Assembly: GCA_002633005.1 (NCBI GenBank)
Contig: NMRA01000385.1
Span: 127,839-191,838 of the forward strand
Length of the DNA stretch: 64,000 nt
Direction: 5' to 3'
Origin: Phoronis australis
Taxonomy: Eukaryota > Animalia > Phoronida
The notes under the pieces are model-generated. The model saw nothing but the letters and a program-made list of their open reading frames with translations, was not told the DNA's origin and searched no databases. The translations under genes and the position numbers were made by a program. Every line of letters begins with the position of its first letter. Positions within the stretch are counted from its first letter, which is position 1. This document shows, in pieces, positions 46,401 to 58,400 of the stretch.

Positions 46401-49400
46401 NNNNNNNNNNNNNNNNNNNNNNNNNNNNNNNNNNNNNNNNNNNNNNNNNNNNNNNNNNNNNNNNNNNNNNNNNNNNNNNNNNNNNNNNNNNNNNNNNNNN
46501 NNNNNNNNNNNNNNNNNNNNNNNNNNNNNNNNNNNNNNNNNNNNNNNNNNNNNNNNNNNNNNNNNNNNNNNNNNNNNNNNNNNNNNNNNNNNNNNNNNNN
46601 NNNNNNNNNNNNNNNNNNNNNNNNNNNNNNNNNNNNNNNNNNNNNNNNNNNNNNNNNNNNNNNNNNNNNNNNNNNNNNNNNNNNNNNNNNNNNNNNNNNN
46701 NNNNNNNNNNNNNNNNNNNNNNNNNNNNNNNNNNNNNNNNNNNNGCCGCAGACAGAGAGTGCCACAGGGTCCCGGTGTCCTTGTCGGGATTCATCTTAAT
46801 CTCGGGACACCATGGAGTTCAGGGTGTTGTACCTCAGACGGTACAGGGTGTGAATTAACAAGACCACAAGTACACAGACCAGTGGATGAGCAAGCAAAAT
46901 TGGGTCGCCGCAAGTTAAATCTTTTTTAGGTTTACATCTGGGGTAAAGCTCGTAACGCTAGAACTTCGCTAAAAAGCAAGAATTCATGACATTACCTGAT
47001 GTATTGTGTTTTTGAATTGAAAGCGTGATTTTGGCTAGATTTTTGTATTTCCCAAGACAGCTACTGAACTCTACCCTAGTCTGCGACCAGGGGCGCAAGG
47101 GTGAGAATCTCACGAACACGCTAGACTGAAGACGACGAGACGTTAGGTGAGGCATTGTAAACGAAGCACACGATCACACTATCTTCTTTAGCGAGATTCT
47201 TGCATCTGCGATGATTATCAGAAAGCAACAGACAATTTGTAAGGGTAATGAAACGTGGTTACGTGGATGTACATTAGTTTTTGATATGTGTTATAGCACA
47301 CCGGCGCTTACACAACATAGGACAGGGATGCAATGTCTCTGTAACAATTGCGTGTGCGCCGCGCCCCTTTCTGAGTGCTGGGCCTTGCACTATGTTTGAT
47401 TTTTAACCAGCTTTACTTTGGCTCCGTCTCATTCAGCTGCTGCTGTTCACTATCTACACTACTTTGAACGCGCGATATCCTACGGACAGACTTAGATGTG
47501 GCCTATTGTGAATGGGGGCCTAAACAAAAAATATTTCTCATCATGACGTCAAGAATAAAATCGGAACACGTCGCCGGAGATTTTAGCCACTAACAAGGGC
47601 ATTTGCAAAGGCCAGGACGTTTTAAAAATAAAAACGTTTCGTAAACACGCAAGTTGATGTCAAGCGTGCAAGTTCAATGTCACAGTCCGAAGTCCAACAA
47701 CACGGTCTAATTAAACCAGAGCACATGTTACGCTACAACGAAAAACTTGCAGCCTTCGGTGTATTTCCCATTTGTATTTTCATCAGAAATTTTCGTCATG
47801 CGGGACTCGGTGACTCTTTCCATAGCTAAAGCGCCAAACACAAGCTAAACGCCAGACAATCGAGTAACGGTCATGACATCGTCAAGACAAGGTAAAAATT
47901 ACAAAGCCCGTTACACCAATTCTCAGATTCAAGCCTTATAGAGTAGTAACCATCCGTTGAACGCTTTAGTGACACGGGAGTTGCGTCGATCCCAAATTAG
48001 CGTTTCTAAAATTTTCGTTGTCCGAAAGTCGCGGGGCAAAAATCCGACGTTTATGACATTGTCCGAAGTTCGAAGATCATTAAAAAATAGTTTTTGGACC
48101 TTGTACGAATTTCGTGGACTATGAAAAACTCATTTCTGAAATATTTATTCTTGGTCGAGAATGGCGGGCCGTCCGAAAATCACGCGACTTTACCGTAGAT
48201 GTCTTGAGGCACAGACTTGTCTATGAGGTCTGACATGACTCAGCTCCTCCGCCAAAGCCTTCTATACGTACGTAGACAACTATCCAAAGGACATAACTGA
48301 GAATTAAACACAGACAGATTACTTACAACTATTTACTGGCTGTTTGTTTCCATTTTTACAAGAGTATTCCATTGATGGTACCCCATTCTCAAATTGGATA
48401 AAACGCTACCGTTGTCAATTGGTTAGTAGCAGTAACCATAATTATGTGAATGCAGGTTTTCTCTTTGAGTGTCCTTCATTCCGGCTAACTCGTAAATCAA
48501 AAGACAGGCATTGTCAACTTAAAAAAGTATATATTTGCTGAAATAAAAAATCAGGGATTATAAAAATATATTTGATGTGTACGTGCCATTATTCTTTCAT
48601 TAACACTTTTTAAGTCAAATTTTCATTTTAAGAAAGGTATATTCATAGCAAAATAACGCCACGGTCGATTTTGATGAAAACTATTTTAAATGAAAACTTC
48701 ACGAGTTACCTCAAAAAGCTGTAGCCAGGTAGACATGTGGGATACATAACGGAACCGCTCTTTACTTGGCGGGAGATTCGATTTGAGTTAAAGCCCTGTA
48801 ATCTTGACTTAATTGGGATAAGTAGAAAACAAATATCCAAGGGGCGCACAGTTCCAGAGAGGCTCTGCTAAATCTTTTTTCTTGAAACACGGTATATATT
48901 TCGTATTTGAAGTTCTGCGAGAATGGGAAGAGGTGTTTTGCTAGACATATGTGAAATTGTGGAATATCGTAAAAATGACCAATTTTTGTGAATAAGATTT
49001 GATCGATATCCTTGGGGACATTAATGGGGAGAAAACTGATTTTCTGAGATCAGCGGAAAGGAAATTGCAAACTCCGTTGTCACAGATTAACCATGGCGGA
49101 GTGCAATTCCACTTGATAAGTGGCAGGGCGCTAAGGTCACAGGCCTCAATATTTAAGCGAATGTCTAACAACGGCAAGCATTGGTGCCATGTAATTGTCT
49201 GTCAGAAAATCGACGGATTCAGTTATTTTATCGTGCTGGTCAAGGATGTTTACTCCAAGAAGTCTACACCATCCAAAATTATACCAAAAATGACCCCGTC
49301 TTCCGTAAATCCGATAGTATCCCATAAATCAATTTATGCCTGAGAGTGAACGTATTTTGACAACCTGGACTGAGGAAATGACTGACCTAACCACTCATTC

Positions 49401-52400
49401 CACTCCACTGGGGAAAATGGCCTGTTCGTAGACAGCTCTCCTGTCTGGCATTCCCCTGCTTGAGTTGGCAGCCAATCAAATTATCTGTGTTTTTCACCAC
49501 TCATATGGACCTTGTGACATGCTTTGTTCATATTCAGTGGTTACGATATTTAAAACCGTTTTAACGGCTATTCATCGTGGTCCGAACAGTTTGAAACTCC
49601 GGGCTGTAAAAGTTGGAACTGGAGGGTGGTTGTAAACCGCTGTGAACGGCCGGTGCATATGTAGATGCAAACGTTATAACCCTAAGTCTGACCACTTTAC
49701 GTTCAGTTCTCGGAAAGGACATATTGTTTTAAGCAAGGTTTTCGGTGGCACTGACTTCTTGTCCCTTAAGGCATTGCGGTAATTAACTATTTGTTTCACC
49801 AACCCAACGCCAACTGATATTATAGCCCAAAACCTGTTAAGAACCTGTTTTTAATTCCGATGATTTGGTGACCAAGCTTAGCATAAGTTCATATGCCATC
49901 GACATGTTTGCACGATGTGGAAAATTTCTCGCTTACACTGGTCACCGCTCTGAGTCCCTAAGCCCCAGACAACTTTTACGAACCCTATTCAACACGCCCT
50001 TTGTATTGATGTAGATATGAGCTAATGAAGTGGAAAGGTAATAGCTAGCACTACTTTCTTAACAATGGTGGTCGTTATTACATTCAAATTGTTTTTCTCT
50101 GGCATTTGCACAGAGTTATAAACAAGGTACTTGAACTACACGGTCAACGGACTCATTAACACGGGCACGGACGCATGAACACGACTCACGGACCTGCAAA
50201 CACCGTCCACTGACTCACAAACACGGGAACGGACTCACAAAACGCGATCCACGCACCCAACAAATGCACGGGACACGGACTCATATTCACGAGGAAACAC
50301 GTTTAACGGACCGCCAAACACGGGTCACGGACTCATCGGCTTCCTGGGTCAGCTGACATCTTCATTTTGTCCGTGTCCCGTGCATTTGGGTGCGTGGATC
50401 GTGTTTTGTGAGTCTGTTCCCGTGTTTGTGAGTCAGTGGACGGTGTTTGCAGGTCCGTGAATCGTGTTTACGAGTCCGTTGACCGTGAGGTACCTTGATA
50501 AAGTCTGCAATATGGAGAGCAGTTTTAACTTGATACATTTTAAATATTACGAATAAAAAGACTAAAAAGTTAATTTGCGTTGATCCTGACAAAGACTTCC
50601 CGAAGGATCGTTGGTTTTAAATATGTTCCATACCTGTTTGATCATTTTCCGATTAGGGTTGCTATCTTTTTATTTTGTGTTTAATCGAAGCATCAAAACA
50701 ACTTAATTAGAAGTCAGTTAATTGTGAACCATTCCTGAATTTTCCAGATCGGATTACAGCTACACCAACATGTCAAAGCAAACAAAACTCTTCGTGCCGT
50801 TAGTTGAAGTTCAACTTTCTTTATTAGAACTCGAATCATAAAATATATACAACTGTGCAAATACGGCGATAGCCAAACTGAAGATTTGGAACGTCTGGAC
50901 AATTGTTGCAGTACCTATATAACAGTATTCTAGCTTTTCCTCAGTCACAACAATGAAATCACAGCTCTTAATTACCCACCGACAAACCTCATCCAATGCT
51001 TGCAGTCTCTCGTTAACTACAAAGCTAGCCATCTTAGTTGTCTTTACAGGTGTACAACTACAATCTAAGTATGGAAATTGGCGCATTTGCGCGAATCAGT
51101 TTTCGGGTTAGGCCTAGTGTACTGCTCTTGGAGTGAAGTAGTTCGGCACTGCACTGGGCCATAAGCGATTTTTTAAAAATAATTGATATGTGATTTAGTC
51201 ACTGTGTGTTGCTCATAGATGTTTCAACTTAGCTTAGTTGCATATTAAAAGAATAATCTACATGATATTGTTAACTCTGATCAGCGTTTGAAAATAACTG
51301 AGTATATCAATACGCACAGTCGTTTATCTTCAATCGTGAATGTTTGCAGTTTTTAGCTTAATAGTTCATCGATTTTTAAAAATCGAAAATCAAACTTCGG
51401 TTGTTTTTTTCCATCTGAATACAACTGTGGTATTTGTTTTTAACGAAAATTGTTGGTTAATTAATGCATTTTGAAAATTCTCTAGCATGTACAGGCAGAG
51501 GTGTTTACTACAGTTTATGGTCGGGTAATTAAACTTAATTGGGTCTTGCTCGCACCGGACAATGCGGTCATCACAACTCTGGCGCCGCGCTCTCTTTGAT
51601 CCCGGCAAAAGCCGCTCCGAATGACGAGCGGTGAAAAGTCACAAATACGTGACTTTCATGTTAGCGTATTATTCACGGCGAAGACAGTTTTCAACGCAGT
51701 GAGGGTGTAAAATTGTGGCTACCGAGGGCATCTCGAATTCACTGGGGCACCCAGACTTCTCATGCAATAGGTTTGAACCTGGCGCTACATGCTGCAGTGT
51801 GAGCTAGGCAGTGATTTCAAACTTAAGATTTTAAGGTCACCGCCCATACGATAGGAGAGTGACATCATATGTTTGCAATTTCAGTTACGAATTCGTCACC
51901 ATGAGAACATAGATGAAGTAAGCGGTACTGTATATTCACTTCACGTGGACAGTGTGTCACAGAGTCTGACGGGAAAGGATATCGGTGAGTATATTGTATA
52001 AGACGTGATGGAAATTGCAAGATTTCGTTTCAAAACCTGCACGAGTCCACGGTTTCGTCCTCATCTTGAATACTGTAACTGAGTTAACAAACCAGCGTTT
52101 GTAAGGGAGGCTAAAGGATATAAATCGATTATTTTTCGGGAGATCGCCACTTGAAGATTGTTGTAATATTATTCCCAAGATATACATGATGTTCGCAAAC
52201 TCGTTTTTCTTTGTGATCGGAATTTCCTATGCTGAATTTTGGACCACATTAATCCTAAAATGCTGATGTTGTCTATAGAAATCCGGCAAGTTCATGGGCG
52301 GAGCAGCATTGAAAAAGTGTATATGAGGACTAAAGCCCTGCAGCACCAATGTGGTGCGCCCCCTATAGACTATGAGGGGCGTAGCACTGAAAAAAGTGGG

Positions 52401-55400
52401 GCCTCCTTTGCTTCGCCACCCATTAATTTGCAAGGTCTGTCACCTTTTCAGGGAGTCTCCCTCAGCTCAGTATTATCAACTGTTCATGATCCCTCTGTGA
52501 CGTGAGCGCCGTCCAGTGGCGGATCTAGGATATCACGAGGGGGGGCCCAACATTTTGTCCGGCTGTAAGCATTTGCGCAAACTGAACCACGATTGTAGAT
52601 GCGCATAGCACCGAATGGGGGGAGGTCGGGAGGGGGGTTTGCCCCCCCTCTCGCTCAGGAAATGTTTCTGTTTTTACCTCTAAAAATCAAGCATTTTCCT
52701 TGATTCCTGAAGTATTATTCCAAGAAAAAAAGGAAAAAAAACGGAGAACGTATCAAACAGGAAAATTTGAACGTACCAAAGACTCGAACTCACGACCCGG
52801 CGGATAGAGAGCGCGTACGTTACCACTACACCACCACGATTTAGCTGCTGATGCTACGATAAGAGGCCTTCTTGTTTATGGTCCACAGCTTTTGCGCGCG
52901 AAACCTACTTCTTTTCGTAATGCTTATTATACGTTTTATGTTTTGTGCCATGAATTCTTAACAAATTTGTCGTATTTAAAATAGTCTTCAAATGCCCAAA
53001 AGACCAAATCCGTTTTTTGTGTTGGCAATAATGACGGATTGCTTTGGGAATCGTCTTAAGATAATTATAAGGTTTGACAAAGAGAGTATTGCGAGTTTCT
53101 GAGTAATTCATTTAAAGGCTTCGATTAAAATTCACATCTTACCAGCAGCTTCTGTTTTCTCATCGTCACTCAGGTTGCATTCTCTTTAAAAAATGAAGTA
53201 AATTTTCTTCATTGCACAGTGGAGCAGATGACGAAAACGGAGTCGTAGTGCGCAGCGCCACTGCCGGTCGCCTGGGATATCGCGGGAGAGCCTATACTTA
53301 GCCATAGTTCCGTTACGAATGCGCCGTGTTCCGAATTTGACACTTGAAATTGGGGTTTGAGCCCCCCTCCCCAACACTAAAACTGCTCACATTTAACTCT
53401 TTTTTCATCCGTATAATTTTAATTACCGGGGTTAATTAATAAACTCAACATTTCCCTACGCTCTTACTGTTTTATTTCTTTGCGGCAGCCAAGGGGGGGA
53501 GGGGCCTGGCCCCCCCCTAAATCCGCCTATGCCGTCTATTGATAAAGTCGTGAGTTAAGACTATGTTTAATTTCCAGAAGCTAGAGTGATCTATTATATT
53601 CTAAAAGGATGAACATTGGTCAATTCCTTTATTTGGTACTTACGATGACGAAATTTTCACTCTGCATTTTGATTGGTTTTTACATTTTACTTGAGACTCC
53701 TATTTCAGCGTAATTTGGTACATTCGCAGTGGGAATTTGCCCATAAAAATGGGCCCCACACGCTTAAACGTCGGATTCTACTCGATCTCAATTCTATCTG
53801 CAAAGAATCCCAATCAAACTAACTATCTGTTTGGGTCTTTTTTATTCGAACATTAACGTTTTTCGGCATATTTTTCTTGCTTATGTATTCTTTGGGTTTT
53901 TTGTCAAAGCAGAGATGACGACGGAAGCTAACGATGTGTTGTAAGTTTGGAGAGTTGTATTTTATATTTAGTGCAGTCACTGGTCACCATGGTTCTCTCG
54001 TCTGCGATACGAATGAGTGAAAAAGTACACAAGTATTTTTTATGGGCTATGAACAGTCGACATTTTAAAAACTAAATACATGTAAATCGGTGCTGGTCGC
54101 TGTACAGATTCCCATTAAACCTCCATGCAAAGTACATGCGGTTTTCAAATTATTTTTAATTCAAGCCTAATATCATTACAATCACAATTTTTTACCATCA
54201 CTGATCATCCTGGATTCGGCTGCCCAGCGAACCCAAGATCCAACGCATAAAATCTAATTTCATAAATAATAGCCTAACTATACCTTGTTCAAGCAGTTTT
54301 TTCATAGTCATACTGATAGTTTCAACATAGCTTGTTTGCTCTATTTAGTTCTCTTTGCGAGTACACACGTGCTACTCATGCTCAGTTTGAAATGGTGGAC
54401 TTGAGTATTGGGTTGTATTGACTCTATCTTCAACACATGGCACGCAAAAGTAATTGTCGGGTTCCTGAACTACTGACATGAAAAGAAGGCATGACGTGGA
54501 GGCAAAAGGACAAAAGCACGTCATTTATGACTATGACTGAACTAATTGCACAGAATCCAAAGTGTTAAGACATCCCTGTAATAAAATATAAAATCTGTGT
54601 AATATTTTAGTGCTTCATTATGCCTATTAGTTCTGTAGGACCTTAGAAAAAATTGGCTAATTTTTGAACATCATATCTCAGAAAGGGATGTTGGGATTCA
54701 TTTGAAATATTTAATGTGGTAGATTACATCATAGAGATATGAGTCAGATGCAGATTATTTCAAATGATCATGAAGTAGTAGAGATCATGACCCCTGCTAT
54801 TAATGGTCGCTTGAAAAAATATGACGGGTCCTTTTTCCAAAAACCATTCTTATATGTTTGTGTTTGGATATGGGCAACCCAATTTCCTGACTGCTTACCG
54901 AACATAAAAATAAGCTTGCAACTGTGCATAGTATTTTGTTGCGTACAAAATAACTAAATATTCCCAAGCAGTTCCACTTTCCCAACTTTCCTGCAGCTGT
55001 ACATTTACCGCACAACAAAGAGATACAAAGGACACTCAGGTTTATAACTTTTCATGGAACTCAACACACATTTTGAAAAGTTGACGAATGTGCCTTTGAT
55101 CATATTTTCTATTTTCAGTCACCACCAATCCGGAGAAATGGGATTTAACAAAACCGTAAGTATCCCCATTCTATCGCCCTTTAAAATTTACTTGTTTGGT
55201 AACTTGTCTTACGAACATTGAGGTAGAACAGTGAGGGCCAGAGGATATTTTTGGTTTATATTGGCTTAGAGTTGAATGCCTGTACAGTGGAGTTGCTGAA
55301 GTTTGCACTCACACTTCAAATGACAATAAATATAGTATTAAAACCTTTCTATTAGTATTCCTGACTGATGGGTAAAAACTACCTTTTTGAGCAGGCAAAG

Positions 55401-58400
55401 GATTCGTAGGCCTACTGGACAGTCTAATGCCACAGGCTTACTGAAGTAGATAGATCAGAGTAATTAGAATGCATAGTTGGTCTTACACTAGAGCTAATTA
55501 GTAGCTAGTAGGTATATTAATTGCAGGATGATAGGTCTACTTCTGATCTTCCAGGTTTTTGTTTGAGCTCACACCTGTTGGTCTGATCGAGTTTGTCCAT
55601 GTTCATCCTGAGGAACACGATGAGGTCTCCATGCTCAAGAAAGCCATCACAAGTTTATTAATTGCGCATAAACCTGTAAGTTAGTTTAAGTTTGTTTCTA
55701 TGTCCTGGTTACAGAAAATATCTCGTGGGTTAAAATTCAGACACTGTGAGTTTTTGTAGTTAAAACCGTCTTTTTCCCTAGTAAACACAGCAGTTCGCTC
55801 CGATTGTGTCTGTCTTAGACTCATTGAGATGAAAAGTATCAGTTGGTATCAGAGACGGAGATATCTTGATCTAGCTTTTGATTGAACGAAACATTATTCG
55901 AGTAAATGTGATCGCAGTTCTCATTCAAGTTCAAAGCCTGCCTCTATAAATCACGTTAATGAATTAATATGCCATAAAAATCAAGGCAGGGCCATCTTGT
56001 TATTAACCGAACTTTCATTGTTTGATAATACGGGCTCCTAATCCTAACTGATTTTGATGTCTCTGGTACCCGTGGCAAAAGTAGAATCTCTCTGAAGTAC
56101 CCGGCAGAGGAGGCGACATACCGGTACTCCCGCTGGTATATATTTATACATAATCATGCTGCTTGTAAACATATTATTCACGATATGTAGACAGTGCCAC
56201 CATAAATATCCGTTAAGAGTCAGAACCGCTCTCTCAACTGAGTGAAATGGCTGTCAGTGCAGCCTCTGACAATTTACATGTGCCTTTCACGCGACATCAT
56301 TTCTAAAGGTATGCGGGACTTTTCATTGCTCGTCCTTCAGTCTGAGCGGCTTCTACCAGGATCAAGGAGAGGGCGGCGCCGGTGTCGCATATAGTTGTGA
56401 TGACCGCATTGTCCTGTGCTAGCAAGACCCAATTAAGTGTAATTTATGGTCATCACTGCCTGTACATAATGGCCAATTTTCAAAATGTATTAACCAGCAC
56501 TTTCCGTTAAAAGCAAACACTACGTTGGTATTCATTTGGAAAAAACAAGCAAGTAAAGTTTTCAATTTTTAAAAATCGAGGAACTAATAAGATAAAAACT
56601 ACAAACACTGCCGGGCTAGGATTGAAGATAAAAGATTATGCGTATCGATACACTTGGTGGATTTACAAACGCTGATCAGAGTTAACATTACACATTACAT
56701 CAAATGGATTATTATTTTAATATTCTTTCAGTCTCGTGTAACCAGATTTTTGACTAGGAAATAGTTGTATTTAACTTGTGCCCACCCCATATGACTGACA
56801 AAAAGCTAGAATAGTTATGTTATAGTTAGGGCACAACTGAAATTGTCCAGACATTCCAAATCTTCAGTTTGGCTATCCCCATTTGCACTTTTGTATATAT
56901 TTTGATTTGGGTTCTAATAAAGATTGAACTTGAACTAAAGACACATGTACTTTTGTTCACTGTGGAATGTTTAGCGTAGTTGGAATCTGGAAAGTTCAGG
57001 GATGGGTTCACAATTCACTAAACTAATTAAGTTTCGCTAGCAATCAAAATCCACCACTGTTTTAGGTACTTCAAGTTTACAAATAAAATAAAAAGATATC
57101 ATCCCGTTCCCGGTAAGAAAAAAAAACAAATAGACAGGGGTATTAAAAATGAAATAACAAAAACAGGTGTGAAACATATTGGGAAGTGGTTCATGGTCAA
57201 GATAAACACATTAGTCATTTTGTAGTATTTAAATTTTACCAAGTTAAAATGCTCTCCACAGTTTCAGGCTGTAACTTTGTGCAAATGAAAGAGAAAACCA
57301 TGCAATTTTGATGTAATAACAACCATCATTTTTGAGTGCTAGCTAGCCTAGCTATTTCCTTTCCACTTCATTAGCTAAGATCTACATCAATACAAAGGGC
57401 GCGCTGAATAGGCTTCATAAAAGTTGTCTGGGGCTAAGGGAATCTTGAGTGGTGCATGATCAGTGTATAAAGTGAGAAATTCTCCACATGTAGCCTAGAA
57501 TGTGAACCAACGTAACTCATTTTAGACTATGAATACTGTCGAGAAATGGTGCCCGTTCCAAGACTTAGCTAAGACAAATATTAAATTTCCGCCAATTTTT
57601 TATAAAACTTTATTTGTTTCAAGTCCGTTCAAGAAGGAGGTGAGTTTGACTTTAGCTTTGTCTTGAATTCTGAACTTAACGGATATGGACATTTCACAGT
57701 TTAGAAGTTAAGACAAATCTTAGACTTACAACGGGCCCCAGGACTATATTCACTACCCGCCAGCTAAATGTCTTGTTGACAGTTTTGATTGTAAACATGG
57801 ATGCAATGGCTGTGAATGTGACTTTACCCTGGCTTGCTGTCAATCAAGAATCTGTTTACATTGGTCTTCCAAGCACACTGTTATTTATCTAAGTCCTCAT
57901 CTCATACTGACCACAGACACTCGATTAGTGTTTTTTCGCCATAAGGTATCATATCCTTCAGTGTCCAGTCAGGCAATGCATATATGGTACTTATAAGTCT
58001 GTGTTTTGATTACCTATTATTGTTATGTCAATATATTTATAGCCTGGTGACAGCAACAAGTTCAAGAAGCGTGAAGTTGATCATGGTGGCAGCGGTGAAT
58101 ATGAGTATGAAGTGGACCATTTCAGTGATGGTGTTAGAGTTCGGCGTTCACTCAAGAACGAGTCAGATGTCATTAAGGACCACGACAAGGTGACCATTGT
58201 CTTCACTCTTGATGTTGCAGGTGGAAGGTGCCCCAAACCACCTCACTGTTGCTGAATGTGACCAGCGTGTGCTGGCTAGGCTCTTGGATTAAATTATTAG
58301 AGATACACAAATTTAATTTCTTATAGGCCATCGGGGCACAAAACCCGTGGTTTTTGTCAAACACCGTGCAACTTTTGATTTTCTGTACAAATTCTCAAAT

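Noticed and set aside
45690-46929. Long ORFs in the track
   Set aside because: Artefacts of the N gap.
57624-57639. Strong donor GAG|gtgagt with nearby AG acceptors
   Set aside because: The 16-nt version breaks frame, and a 6-nt version (57634-57639) is unsupported without transcripts.
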